Below the pieces are notes generated by a model, which saw only the letters and a program-made list of their open reading frames with translations, was not told the DNA's origin and ran no database searches. The translations under genes and the position numbers were made by a program. Of a stretch of 64,000 bases of DNA, positions 1 through 13,681 are shown one piece after another. Position 1 is the stretch's first letter. Each line of letters starts with the position of its first letter. Source of the DNA: Stegostoma tigrinum. Lineage: Eukaryota. The stretch is from positions 51,526,312 through 51,590,311 of the forward strand of contig NC_081363.1 in NCBI RefSeq assembly GCF_030684315.1. The letters are read 5' to 3'.

Positions 1-74
1 ACACATTTGACGATATTTTCCACTGTGTTTTGAGGCAGTATCATCTTGCAAAATGGAATGCATTTTGAACAGAA

Positions 75-278
75 GCCAAAAGAATTGTGGATACTGTAAA
101 TCAGAACCACAAACAGAAATTGCAAGGAAAGCTCAGCAGGTCTGACAGCATCATAGAGTTAATGTTTCGGGGTGGGTTCTGAGGAAAGGGGGCTCGACCC
201 AAAACGTTATCTCCAATTTTCTCCAGATTCAGCCAGCCTGCTGAGCTTTACCAGCAATTTGTTTTTGTTTCAGATTTT
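75..278. mobile_element. Old fold-back PLE pLTR remnant
   Basis: AAAGCTCAGCAGG / CCTGCTGAGCTTT inverted arms around degenerate CTGAGGA...AAAACGTT. Confidence 0.65.
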
Positions 279-1049
279 GAATAGGTCGAGTAAGCCAACT
301 CTGTATCCATACAGCCCTGTGGGCTATTGGCAGTATCAGAATTGTATTCAAACTCAATTTGTAAACTGATGATATAACCCCACTCCCCACTGCTGAGGAA
401 TCAACTGTGATAAGATGAGGTGTGCAGGAGCAGTACCCAGCAGACCTAAAAATGAGATGTCAATTTGATGAAGGTACAACGTAGGGCTACTTGTTTACCA
501 AACAGACCTAAACTCTGCAGTCCTACCACCCCCAGCTGTGAATACTAGTTTAAATTTCCATTATCAGGAGGAGAAGGCTCTACAAGTATGATGGGGGAGC
601 ACAGCATGTTAGCAGTAAAAAATAAGGCTGAAGCATTCACAATGACTTAAAAAAAATTGGTGGACTAAGATGGTCGGAGAGCAGTGGTAGCTGAGGCTGA
701 GCCAATGATAGAGGAGAAGGCATTCAGTCCTGTATCGGCAGTGGCTGCAATGCCAGGAGGAGGTGAACATGGCACTTCCCAAATCCAGGGTCACCTGGCT
801 TGGACATGCAGACCTAACTGAGGCTCCAAGTCCACAGCTAAGTTCAGGTGCCTGAGTGAACAGCAGCATCAGTGGAGTGGATAATGGAGGGCCACTGTGA
901 CTGAGGTCTGCGCCATTGTCTGGATGAGCATTGGTTGGCACCCTAGAAAAAAATAACTTCTACTTCAGTCATATCTTTTAATACCTTCAGTAATTCAAAA
1001 TTTTTTTTGTTTGAAATACATGTGACAGTAAACCATGAAATTTGAATCA

Positions 1050-2650
1050 AATTTCAGGCAGTAGTGCTGTTTGGATGATCCGTGTTGGTCTCCTCAAAGT
1101 TCCCATCATAACAAATACCAATCTGCAGCCAATTTGAATCTATCCATGTGATATCAAGAAATACCCGGAGGCACTAGATAATGCAAATAATTAGCTGTTT
1201 CCCTAGCCAAGCTGTACCAGCAGAATTACAACAATGAACAATGTGGAAAATTGCCCAGGCCTGCCTTGTGCTTAAAAAGCTATTGTGGACCTACTGCCCC
1301 ATCAGTCCCCTCTTGATGATCAAAATGAGACAAGGGCGTTGTCAACAATGCTATCGAGCATCGCTTGCTCAGCAATTCCAACAGGACCACTTGTCCCCTC
1401 ACCTCATAAACAGCTTTGGCCCACACTTGGACAAAACAGCTGAAATTAACTGTGAGCTGAGAGTGACAACCCTATTTAAAGGTAGTTTTTAACCAAGTGT
1501 GGCACCAAGGATCTCTTGCGGAACTTCAGTTGATGATGATCAAGGGTGAACTCTTGTGATTAAAGTCATAACTAGCATGAAGGGAATTAGTTGTATTTGT
1601 TGAAGGTCAATGATTTCAGTTACAGAACATCTCTACAGGGTTGCATCTTGAGCACAACCATCTCCAGCTGCTTCATCAATCACCTTTCCTCGATCATATA
1701 AGTCAGAAGTGGGATAGTCACTGATGATACCATAATGTTCAACTCCATTTGTGACTACTCAGAAATTGAAACAGTCTATGCCCAAAGGCAATGAGAATTG
1801 GCAATATCTAGGGAAAGTTACATAAGTGCCAGGCAATGACCATCTATAACAAGAGATAATCCAGACCAGGATAAGATCAGCCATGATCATGTTAAATGGT
1901 GGAGAGGACTCAAAATGTTGAATTGCTTACTCCCACTCCTAATTCCTTTGTTCCTAAATTCTTAACCATTTCTCCTTGACATACAATGGAATCCCTCATT
2001 AAAAACAGCCTGGGGGTTACCATTGATTTGAAACTAAACCTGCTTGTCATAAGACTGTGGCTGCAAGAGCAAGTCAGTGACTGGCACTCCTGCAGTGAGG
2101 AAAGCACCTCTTGCACTCCTTAGAGACTGTCCACCATCTACAAGGCACAAATTTGGAGTGTGATTAAAACATCTCCCACTTTCTTGGACATTCCAATAAC
2201 ATTATAGAAGCTTGACCCCATTCAGGACAAATCAGCCCAAATAGCACTGCATCCACAAACATTCATTCTCTCTACTGATACTCAGTAGATACACTGCTGC
2301 TACTATCTACTGGATGCACTGCAGAAATTCATCAAGACTCCTGAGAGAGTGACTTCAGAACCCATGACCACTTCCAAATAGTAGGACAAGGGCAGTCGAC
2401 ACATGGGAACACAATTACCTGCGAGTTTCCTACCAAGCCACTCGCCATCTGACTTGGAGATATATTGCCGTTCCTTCCGTGTTTCTGAGCCAAAATCCTG
2501 GAACTATCTCCCCAATGGCAATGTTTGTCTATCAATAGCACATGGAGTGCAGTAGTTCAAGAAGACAGCTCACCACCTTCTCAAGAGCAATTAGGGATGG
2601 GCAATAAATGCTAGCCTAGCCAACAGCCTCCACATCTCATGAATCAATGA
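1050..2650 (+). mobile_element. Old LINE fragment (family of 16610-18115)
   Basis: Shared blocks ATGTGGAAAATTGC, CAGCTGCTTCAT, GCACTGCAGAAATTCA. Confidence 0.78.
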
Positions 2651-4289
2651 AAAAAACAAACTAAACTTTTATAATAAAAGGAACCTCCTCACTGAAAGAC
2701 ATGCATCACAATGATGCCCACCACTTTCTCTCTTATTGCTGGGTCAATTTTAAGATGATTAACTTTGATTCCTTTTGAGCTTCTAGTGACAATGAAGGTC
2801 TCATTAAAAGAACATGATAATGTTCAGACAATGTACACTGTAAATCCACTGAATTCCAAAAATAATTGCCCTGTCATTTTCCATGTCCAGTTTCATTTGA
2901 GCCTTATTCATAGACTGCCTGCTCAATAGTGTTACAGTGTATCTTCATGTTTCTTAGTAAATTGCTCTCATTGTTTAATTTTCTTTAATTAGATGTTTGG
3001 TCATCTGCAGAATTATAAAATCATTCCAATACTTGAGTTTACCATTTTGTTTGACAATTTTATAGGCCTTTCCTCTTGATATAATACAAAATCCTCTGTT
3101 CATCATGGTTGAAATACTTCTTACTGGACTTTGTGCATTAAACAAATTTATTTTTGTGTGCTACGCATTATTAGCCAGCACCTATTTATTGTCATATCTT
3201 TTATTTACTGGTTAACTAGTTCAAAGACTCTATCATGCGCCTCTGGAGCAGATGGGCTTGAACCCAGTTCTCCTGGCTCAGTGGTAGGGATGGTACTACT
3301 GCGCCACAAGAGTCCACTGTCGGGTTTTTTTTTAATGTATTTTTCCAATCTACCATAGCCAATTTGTCACTTTAGATTTAAGGCCCCATTTTCTGATTGT
3401 AGAACACCATTTTCAAACTCAATGAAAAATGCAATCATATGTGGCTGTAATAGGGAAATAAAATTCTACATCTGACTGTATGTGACAGTGAAGAAGGAGA
3501 ATGGTGAGAGGAAATATATCTATAGTTCCTCAAAGTCAAGCAATATTTATACGTGTTGTCTTGTTGTCTTGTTTTATCAGGCTATGACTTCATGTGCACA
3601 CAATTTCATGACTTCAGTTTAAAAACCTGGTAAAAATATAATCTTTAACCCCAATAACTCATGATAATCTCAACACCTAATAAATGAACTTGAGCTGCAC
3701 ATTGTTAAAATGTGATGACCCACTAATTAAATAGTAACCTCCAAATCCAGGATTTACAGTTATTATGCAAAGGGACAACAGCCAAACAATGTCATTCTGG
3801 CATGCAAAAGACTAATTAACTTCAAATTTATGGAAAAGGTTGTCAGTGTTCTTATTTAATTATTATTCCCTTAAATTCCTTTTGCATCTTGGACTGACAT
3901 TTATCGTAAGCAGATAACTTTTGCTGATTGTATGGAAAAAGTGGGATATATAGTTTCAATGTTTTAAGTAACAAAAAACTTGGAAAGGTACAAAATGGTG
4001 AGATGGGAATAGCCAGACTGCAATAAACAGACTTTTTGCAGATCAAAATGAATTCCGGAAAGTGTGAATTAATGGATTTTGTGGTCAGAATTAGAAGAGA
4101 AAATATAAACCAAATAGTATTTTTTTAATTGGATTGGCATCATCAATCATTCACTCATGCATATGATTGTCCACTTAAGAAATTCTGCCACTGGTCCTGG
4201 GATCTGAGAGTCCTTGGGATTCTGATGAGCCTGATCCTAGAACCACATCTCAACAATGCATTCACCAGGTGTCTGCAGGAGGTCTTGAG

Positions 4290-5030
4290 ATCATTGGCAT
4301 CCTTTTTCTGGTTTCATTTCAATATTCGCTCCTGCCAGCGGGTGTTCTCAAAGAATTATGTCCCTTCGTGCAATCCTCCAAGTTGGTTCCTCCTGAACAA
4401 GGGTCTCCGATGTGTTGACATCTGTGTTGCATTTCTTGAGGGAAGCCTTCAGGAAATGTTTGAAATGCTTCTTTTGTCCTCATTTGAATAGCTTCCTTGA
4501 GCTAGGTGAAGATGATTTACTTTAACGGTGAGAACTCAGGCATTCTAAGCACACAACTGACATAGAGGAGTTTGTTTTCGGATAATCATGGCCTCAATGC
4601 TGGAACTATTTGCTGCTTCAAGGATGCTGATGTTAGACCATAAGACCATAAGACATAGGAGTGGAAGTAAGGCCATTCAGCCCATCAAGTCCACTCCGCC
4701 ATTTAAATCATGGCTGATGGGCATTTCCACACTACTTCCCTGCACTCCCCCCATAGCCCTTGATTCCTTTTGAGATCCATAATTTGTCGATGGATGCTTT
4801 CAAGGCAGAGAATGTCCCGGCCTCCACTGTACTCTGCGGCAATGAATTCCACAAGCCCACCACTCTTTGGCTGAAGAAATGTCGTCTCATTTCAGTTTTA
4901 AATTTACCCCCTCTAATTTTAATGCTGTGCTCACGAGTCCTAGTCTCCCCGCCTAACAGAAACAACTTCCTAACGTCCACCGCTTCTAAACCATGTTCGT
5001 GTGCCTGTCCTCCCAGCTAATGCAGTGAAT
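4290..5030 (-). mobile_element. Degraded RTE-clade LINE 3' fragment split by the CR1 insertion
   Basis: Minus translation ISWEDRHTN / ISILEAANSSSIEAMI and GQKKHFKHFLKASLKKC; ATGTT duplicated around the CR1. Confidence 0.7.
4635..4994 (-). mobile_element. CR1 3' end, same family as 22297-24340
   Basis: Nearly identical to about 22300-22655; FFSQRVVGLWNSLP. Confidence 0.92.
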
Positions 5031-5124
5031 CTGTTTCAAATAATATTGATAGTATTTCTCGAGTGTCTTGAGACACTCTATGCATAGTCAAATGAACAAT
5101 ATAATTTATCTCATATATGCTATG

Positions 5125-5479
5125 GATGTGAGTTTGCTCGCTGAGCTGGAAGGTTCGTTTTCAGACGTTTCGTCACCATACTAGGTAACATCATCAGTGA
5201 GCCTCCGAAGCGCTAGTGTTATGTCCCGCTTTCTATTTATCTGGTTAGGTTTCCTTGGGTTGGTGATGTACATCACCAATGCAGAAAATGACATCACCAA
5301 CCCAAGGAAACCTAACCAGATAAATAGAAAGCGGGACATAACACCAGCGCTTCGTCGGAGGCTCACTGATGATGTTGCCTAGTATGGTGACGAAAGGTCT
5401 GAAAACGAACCTTCCAGCTCAGCGAGCAAACTCGCATCCAGAACCTCAACCTGAGCTACAAATCTTATCAAAACTTGCT
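5125..5479 (+). mobile_element. Fold-back insertion of a second, probably PLE-derived family with a hammerhead in each arm
   Basis: Inverted arms about 5123-5270 / 5291-5440, ~40 nt unpaired tail, TSD TATATGCTATG at 5114-5124 and 5480-5490. Confidence 0.85.
5161..5200 (-). ncRNA. Hammerhead ribozyme motif (mirror copy 5363-5402 on plus)
   Basis: UCA-CUGAUGA-U-GUUACC(UAGUAU)GGUGAC-GAAA-CGUC^UGA: stem I UCA/UGA, 6-bp stem II, minimal stem III. Confidence 0.78.
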
Positions 5480-7668
5480 TATATGCTATGTCTCAATTTA
5501 TGAAACTAAATCATTTTGCTAAATTTCTAGGCCTCAGTTAAGGTATTGAGTCCATTTCAGGGAAGTCAAGGTTTTGGAAAGGTGTAGAGAATTACTAGAA
5601 TGATACAATGAATGAAGGACATTTGTTATGTAGAAACTAAAGAACTAGGATTCTTCTGTTTCATGCAGACAAATTTGAAGCACTACTTTATGTAAATTGC
5701 CAAAATTACAAGGATTTTGATGAAACTGTATCTACTGCTGGGTGGGATACCAGTCCAATGCTAGACGATTAGGTAATTTGCAAGGTAAGTAAAGGGGAGA
5801 TGAGTTTAGATTACATAGTCAGTTTTATGATCTGCAATGCATTGCATTAGAGTGACATTCAATAGTAATTTTCAAGAGAGAATTGAATATCTATTGAAAA
5901 GGAACAATTTACAATGCTATGGAGCAAGAGAATAAGCCAAATAATTTGCTTTGTTCAATACAGACATAGTGAATGTCCAGTTGTCATAATTCTATAATTC
6001 TGCCTGCACATCATATAATGTCAGCAGATACTTATTAGGAATGGCATTCTTCCATCAACAAGAGATGATGACAGGAACACGGCTTTAGTCCTTTGTTCAA
6101 GGTCAGATGAACTTATTTGCACATCTTTCAGTGTCTGATGATCCCATTCTAGAAGCACAAGGTCTGCCACAAGCGTCACACCACAGTGTTGTCCTTTGCT
6201 GGGAGTGTGGGTTGACCCCATGCTGATGCTTTGTGTTGCAGAGCTTGAATCCGCCTTAGAGCTTCTAAAATCGCATGTTGTCATGGTGGTGGTGAACTCT
6301 TGTTCACAGCTGATGTCAACCGATGCCTCAACCCCTAGGTCAGCTTTCCCACTTATCCTGGTTGATACTCATGGATTCCATGTCACTTTTGATAACATCC
6401 CCAAATTAGATGTTTGAGCACCATGCTGGCCTTTGGAAATTGCCTCCCCCATGTAAACATATCCTTGGTGATGCGGCTGTATTTCATCCCATGTATATCT
6501 CCAAACCAGTGAAGTTCTGTATGCTCAATTAACACTAGCATGTTTGGTGCATTTGCCCTTCTCTTCATTGCTAACTTTGTCCTTCTGTGCGTTGCTACGG
6601 GTGTATCGTTAAACACCAGAAGCAAATTTTAAGCCTAATTCTTGATACTTTTTGCATCCAGTTAGCATTCATGCTGCTGCTATTAGCAATAGTCTAGCTT
6701 AAGCCATTTCAATAAAACAATTGGTGATAGGTCTCTTATTATTTTGGCATATTTCCATAACAGCATAGCTGCTTCCTTCCCTCAGCTCAGTAAAATCAAT
6801 TTGTCCCAGCATAGTCCACCTCCGCTGTAATATCCTCATTTGCAGGAAATGATTCCTGACTTTTTTTCTACCACACACCAGCTGGTCCAGCTGCTCTCAA
6901 TATGTCTTCTGGGATTGCAGGCAGGCAAGCGAGTTTTATAGGCAGCCTTTCATCTTGATAGGATGACTGTTTTCACTCATTCTGTTCAGCATGGGGAAGT
7001 GCTTACAGTTACAGATCTTCTTGTCAAGAAGCTTTAATAATTCATTTCAAATGGGGCACACAATTAAACGTACCTCTGGGAGATGCATGTTGGCCCTGGA
7101 GCCTTTTTGTAGATCTGCCAGTAGACTCTTGCAGAGGAAGACATTTAGTTCAAGGATTTTTGCGGTGGGGGAAATAATGACTTGATAAGCAAACATCACT
7201 AATGTTTTCAGGCATTTTAAATAGATGATGATCTCATCAGAAGTTGTGTATTTTGCACTAAAACAGTTAAACATTTTAAATAGGTTTGTTGTTTGTGCAC
7301 AGCAATACTGTGCTTTTTCATTTACTGTATTAGTACAATTATGCCATCATGTGGCCTAGCTAAGAAATGCAGCAAGGCATTGTCCAGGACATAGAGAATC
7401 ATGTGGAGCTGGATGAACACAGCAGACCAAGCAGCATCTGAGGAGCACAAAAGCTGACGTTTCAGGCCTAGACCCTTCACAGAATCATCTTTTTGGAAGA
7501 AAATGTCTTTCAATAATTTTCGCACACAATGAGTGTTCAGACATGGAACATAACATTTTTGTTAAACAAATAATGCAGCTTATATTTTTGACATCTTTTT
7601 CTGCATTATTAAACCTGCCACTTTTCCATCTTTCTCCAGTTCTGAAAAACCAAATTGGATTCAATGTT

Positions 7669-7930
7669 AGAGATAGCAAGAACTGCAGATGCTGGGGTCA
7701 GACAACATAGTATGGAGCTGGAGAAGCTCAGCAGGCCAGGAAGAATCAGAGGAGTAGGAAAGTTGACATTTCGGGTTGGGACCCTGCTTCAAAAAATGTC
7801 AGAAATCCCGACCCCAAAACGTCAACTTTCCTGCTCCTCTGATGCTGCCCAGCCTGCTGGGCTCAACAATAACTGCTTCTCTCTCCATGAATACTGCTGG
7901 ACCTGCTGAGCTTCCCCAGCATTGTATTTT
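7669..7930. mobile_element. Older fold-back PLE pLTR remnant (single-arm piece also at about 7400-7485)
   Basis: Diverged inverted arms with ACTGCAGATGCTGG tail and AAAACGTCAAC motif. Confidence 0.75.
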
Positions 7931-9000
7931 GGTCAAAGAAAGCTGGATAGTTGAATTTGATGAGGTCACAGGCAAGCTGAAGAGATACAGAGAATAGATC
8001 CAGAAGCTGAGAATAAGCAAAGATACAGTCGCTACAGTTCTTTGTGTTAATTGAAGATAATATTGGATCTACATCATTGAGGCTAAGTTGAGGAGTTTCT
8101 GAGGATGGTGTACCATTTGTGCTAATGACTATAACCATGAAACTCTGTTCACTGGGGATCAAACTACATTCCAGAAGCAGAGCAGCTGAAATTCTTCGTA
8201 AGGCACAGCATTGAAGAACTGTGTTATTGAGTGTAATGCCTTGATATTGTGTGAACTGCCAAGCATTTAATAAGCTCTACCTTAGTTGTTTCTACTATTT
8301 AATGTGTAGTTTATAGCTTATAATCAACGATAATTTACTTGTTAATTTGAGGAGGCGATGTAAGATATTACCTAGGGTTTGATTTGTTTGATTCATGTAC
8401 AGTAAATATTCTTCTGTTTTAAACTGTGGACGTTTTTGGCTTCATTTTTATTTTAGTCAGTAACTAGGATTTTGGCTCACTTTTAAAAAGAAAGTTAATG
8501 GAGTATATTGCGATGTAATAGTAATGTCGTGGGATTCTAGGCTGGGTACTGCAATATTGAACTGATTTGTGCTTCTAAGGACCCTCTGTGTAAATGTTTT
8601 AAAGGGATCCCAGACTGGAGACTTCAGCATGCCTTCTGTACTCCTCTATGGATATCACTGCATGGGAGGTGTCATTCTTATAGCCACAATTGAAAGATCC
8701 AGCTGAAAGTACAGAAAAGGACGTGTGCCCTATGATCTGTACAGGCAGCAATGATGTGTGCAGCGTCAGCACTGATTGGAAGATCATGTCCACTTGCAGC
8801 CTTACTGCACAGGACCAGGTAAAGGGCAAAACATTCAACAGACATTGCAAGACTTTGCAAGGTTACGTCTGAATTAACTGATAAACGGTATGGATGGTTG
8901 CAGCAATATGACAGCAAAGTCTATAAACTGGCAAGGAATGTTTTTTGTTGATAATTGAATAGCAGACTTTGGAAAGAAAATCATGTGAAACAACTTGATG

Positions 9001-9110
9001 CCTCTTGTGGCGCAATGGCAGCGTCTCTACCTCTGGGCTAGCAGGCCGGAGTTCTGGTCACACCAGCTCCAGACGATTGACATAACACGCCTGAACAGGT
9101 CGATTTTAAA
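9001..9110 (+). mobile_element. Short tRNA-derived SINE (related copies about 3238-3312 minus, 61485-61575, 62290-62395)
   Basis: CTCTTGTGGCGCA head and shared CTCCAGA...CTGAACAGGT tail among copies. Confidence 0.6.
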
Positions 9111-9235
9111 AACTGTTACTTAAAACAGGTATAAAGGTATTAAGAAGACACATGAACAATATCAGACCATGTTTTGGAGGATGAGAATGTTTCATAGAAT
9201 TTGCTTTCTGTCCTCACACAGACACACAGTCGTTT

Positions 9236-12052
9236 GATAACAAAGTGTGGAACTGGATGAACACAGCAGGCCAAGCAGCATCTCAGAAGCACAAAAGCTG
9301 ACGTTTCGGGCCGAGACCCTTCATCAGAGAGGGGGATGGGGAGAGGGTTCTGGAATAAATAGGGAGAGAGGGGGAGGCGGACCGAAGATGGAGAGAAAAG
9401 AAGATAGGTGGAGAGGACAGTATAGGTGGGGAGGTGGGGAGGGTATAGGTCAGTCCAGGGAAGATGGACAGGTCAAGGAGGTGGGATGAGGTTAGTAGGT
9501 AGGAAATGGAGGTGCGGCTTGGGGTGGGAGGAAGGGATGAGTGAGAGGAAGGACAGGTTGGGGAAGCAGAGACAGGCTGGGCTGGTTTTGGGATGCAGTG
9601 GGGGGCTGCCTTCGCCTCCACGCTTACTTCTTTCACCGGGAACCTAACTCTCCCTCCACTGACCCCTTCACCCTCCTCCAACACAAGTCCTCTTCCTGGA
9701 CACCACCCCCAGGCCTCCTACCCTCCCTTGACCTCTTCATCTCTAACTGCCGTCGAGACATCAACCACCTCAACCTCTCCACCCTTCTCACCCACTCCAA
9801 CCTCTCCCCCGCAGAACGGGCAGTCCTCTGCTCCCTCAGCTCCAACCCCAACCTCGCCATCAAACCCACAGACAAGGGTGGCACAGTGGTAATATGGTGC
9901 ACTGACCTCTACATTGCCGAGACCGAATGCCAACTCTCCGACACCACCTCCTACCGCCCACTTGATCATGACCCCACCTCCGAGCACCAAACCATCATCT
10001 CCAACACCATTCATGACCTCATCACCACAGGGGACCTCCCACCCACAGCCTCCAACCTCATTGTTCCCCAACCCCGCATGGCCCGTTTCTATCTCCTTCC
10101 CAAAATTCACAAACCTGCCTGCCCTGGTCGACCCATTGTCTCAGTCTGTTCCTGCCCTAACGAACTCATCTCCACCTATCTGGACTCCATTTTCTCCCCT
10201 TTGGTCCAGGAACTCCCCACCTACGTCCGTGACACCACCCACGCCCTCCACCTCCTTCAGGACTTCCAATTCCCCGGCTCCCAACACCTCATTTTCACCA
10301 TGGACATCCAGTCCCTATACACCTGTATTCCTCATGCAGATGGCCTCAAGGTCCTCCGCTTCTTCCTGTCCCGCGGGCCTGACCAATCATCCTCCACCAA
10401 CACCCTCATCCGCCTAGTTGAACTCGTCCTCACCCTCAACAACTTCTTTTTCGATTCCTCCCTTTTCCTATAGACAAAAGGGGTGGCCATGGGTACACAC
10501 ATGGGCCCAAGCTATGCCTGCATCTTTGTAGGTTACACGGAACAGTCCCTCTTCTGCACCTACACTGGCCCCAAACCCCACCTCTTCCTCCGCTACATTG
10601 ATGACTGTATCGGCGCCACTTTGTGCTCCCAAGAAGAACTCGAAAGCTTCATCCACTTCAGCAACTCCTTCCACCCCAATCTCAAGTTCACCTGGACCAT
10701 CTCCAACACATCCCTCACCTTCCTGGACCTCTCTGTCTCCATCTCAGGCAACCACCTAGAAACCGATGTCCATTTCAAGCTCACCGACTCCCACAGCTAC
10801 CTGGAATACACCTCCTCCAACCCTCCTTCCTGCAAAAATTCCATCCCCTATTCCCAATTCCTTCACCTCCACCGCATCTGCTCCCAGGATGAGGCATTCC
10901 ACTCTCGTACATCCCAGATGTCCTCTTTCTTCAAGGTCCGCAACTTCCCCCCCGCATTGGTTAAGAACACCTTCGACCATGTCTCCCGCATTTCCCGCAC
11001 CTCATCCCTCACACCCCACCCCCGCAATAACCCCCTCATCCTCACATACCACCCCACCAACCTCCGGATATAACGCATCATCCTCCGACACTTCGGTCAT
11101 CTACAATCCTAACCGACCACTAAAGACATTTTTCCATCCCCTCCCCTGTCTGCTTTCCGGAGACACCACTCTCTCCGCGACTCCCTTGCACGCTCCACGC
11201 TCCCCTCCAACCCCACCACACCCGGCACCTTCCCCTGCAACCGCAGGAAGTGCTACACTTGCCCTCACACCTCTTCCCTCACCCACATCTCAGGCCCCAA
11301 GATGACTTTCCACATCACGCAGATGTTCACCTGCACATCTGCCAATGTGGTATACTGCATCCGCTGTACCCGGTGTGGCTTCCTCTACATTGGGGAAACC
11401 AAGCGGCGGCTTGGGGACCGCTTTGCAGAACACCTCCATTTGGTTCGCAACAAACAACTGCACCTCCCAGTCGTGAACCATTTTAATTCCCCCTCCCAAT
11501 CCTTAGACGACATGACCATCCTGGGCCTCCTGCAGTGCCACAATGATGCCACCCGAAGGTTGCAGGAACAGCGACTGATATTCCACTTGGGAACCCTGCA
11601 GCCCAATGGTCTCAATGTGGACTTCACAAGCTTCAAAATCTCCCCTTCTCCCCACTGCATCCCTAAACCAGCCCAGCTCGTCCCCGCCTCCCTAACCTGT
11701 TCTTCCTCTCACCTATCCCTTCCTCCCAACTCAAGCCGCACCTCTATTTCCTACCTACTAACCTCATCCCACCCCCTTGACTTGTCTGTCCTCCCCTGAC
11801 TGACCTATCCCCTCCTTCTCTCCCCACCTATACTCTCCTCTCCACTTATCTTCTCGTCTATCCATCTTTGGTCTGCCTGCCCCTTTCTCCCTATTTATTT
11901 CAGAATCCTCTTCCCATCCCCCTTTTCTGATGAAGGGTCTAGGCCCGAAATGTCAGCTTTTGTGCTCCTAAGATGCTGCTTGGCCTGCTGTGTTCATCTA
12001 GCTCCACACTTTGTTATCTCAGATTCTTCAGCATCTGCAGTTCCCATTATCA
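9236..12052 (+). mobile_element. 5'-truncated, inactivated Penelope-like retroelement (Neptune-like) with inverted 5' pLTR copy
   Basis: RT motifs (FYLLPKIHKP, GRPIVS, AMGTHMGPSYA, FLRYIDD), Cys linker GTFPCNRRKCYTC, GIY-YIG endonuclease VVYCIRC...LYIGET...RFAEH; in-frame stops at 10471 and 11071; about 9236-9603 is the reverse complement of about 11650-12018, plus a ~34 nt unpaired 3' tail. Confidence 0.93.
11927..11957 (+). ncRNA. Minimal hammerhead ribozyme motif in PLE pLTR (mirror copy 9297-9327 on minus)
   Basis: CUGAUGA-A-GGGU(CUAG)GCCC-GAAA-(U/C)GUC^AG; hammerheads in pLTRs are established for Penelope-like elements. Confidence 0.7.
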
Positions 12053-12149
12053 TTGGGTTCTTCTGATGGAGCCATGGAAATGGTTCATTTTGTGTTTACA
12101 GTGAAGTCTTGCATGCAAATGTTTGCTATGAAAAGATTCATAGACGTGT

Positions 12150-13130
12150 TAGAGCATAAGATATAACAGCAGAATTAGGTCAATGAATCTGCTCCGCCAT
12201 TCAAACATGGCTGATAAGTTGCTCAACCCATTCTCCTGCCTTCTCCCCATAACCCTTTGATCCCCTTGCGAATTGAGAAAACGGCTATCTGTCAGTACCC
12301 TCAATGACTTGGGCTCGCCAGCCTTCTGCAGCAATGAGTTCCACAGATTCACAACCCCCTGGCTGAAGAAATTGCTCTTCATCTCAGTTCTAAAGGGTTG
12401 TTCCTTTAACCTGAGCATGTGCCCTTGGGTCCTAGTCTTTCCTAACAGTGAAAACATCTTCACCATGTCCACACTATCCAAGCCCCTCAGTATTCTATAA
12501 GTTTCAATTAGTTCCCCATCATCCTTCTAAACTCTATTTTGTACAGACCCAGAGTCCTCAAATGATAAGCCCTTCATCTCAGGATCATTGTGTAAACCTC
12601 CTCTGGATCCTCTCCAAGGCCAGCACATTCGTCCTTAGATATAGAGCTCAAAGTTGCTCACAATATTCTAAATGCAATCAGACCAGAGCCTTATACAGCC
12701 CCAGCAATGCATTTCTGATCGTGTATTCTAGCCCTCTTGAAATGAATCCAAACATAGCATTTGCCTTCCTAACTGCCAACTGAATCAGCAGGTAAACCTT
12801 TGAGAGAATCTTGAACTAGGACTCCTCAGTCCCTTTGTGCTTCATATTTCCAAATCCATCCCTGGTTTAGAAAATATTCTATGCCTCTATTCTTCCAAAC
12901 AAAGTAAATAATCTCTCACTTTCTCACATTATATTTTGATCTTCTTTGCCTGCTCTCCTAGTCTGTCCAAATCCTTCTGCAGACTCAACCGAATTTTGTG
13001 TCACCTGCACACCTCGCAACAATGCCCTCCATTCCTTTGCCCAGATCATTAATATATAACATGAATAGTCATGGTTCCAACACTGACCCCTGTGGAACTC
13101 TAAATGCCACTTACTATCATTATTGACCAC
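12150..13130 (-). mobile_element. Degraded CR1 3' fragment
   Basis: FFSQGVVNLWNSL and RT remnants. Confidence 0.88.
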
Positions 13131-13681
13131 ACCAATGGGCTAATCCTTCCTCCAGGCCAACTGGCCCAAATACCACAGGCTCTTGTTTAGCAACCTCAAA
13201 GATGCCCAAACCAGGCTGTTTCCTGGATTCTTTTCAAATTCTCTAAATTTCTGATGAAAACCCTGCAGAATAAACCTTGAAAACATTTTTAACCGAGGTG
13301 TCACTGCTTGCCAATTAACTGATTTGTTTTATTTAAATTTAAGCTTGAACTGAAACACAAACATGCTGGGGTAATTTTAATCATTTCTGGTGCGTGTATC
13401 AGTTTCAAGAGAAGCATTAAATTGATAAAAATGTGATATCAAACTCTCACTAAAGTAGCCAGTGCAAGCTGAACTTCAGAGAATTTTGTCTGAGCAATAA
13501 TGTGCAGAGACAAAACAGTGATGATTAGATGTACAAATGTCTTTGTGCCTTACGTCTTGCCATTGATTAATGATAAAGGGCTGACTTTTATAACAATGGT
13601 TGAGAAAACCAATAGTTAACGAGCGGCCAGGTTCGGCTGGTTACATTCTGGAGCTTCGAAGAAGGAAGATATTGAACTCAA

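Noticed and set aside
5181-5382. Two nearly identical 61-aa ORFs on opposite strands
   Set aside because: Artefact of the palindromic element; no coding evidence.
9247-11660. Many overlapping Pro/Ser- or Gly-rich ORFs
   Set aside because: Alternative frames of the C-rich Penelope element.
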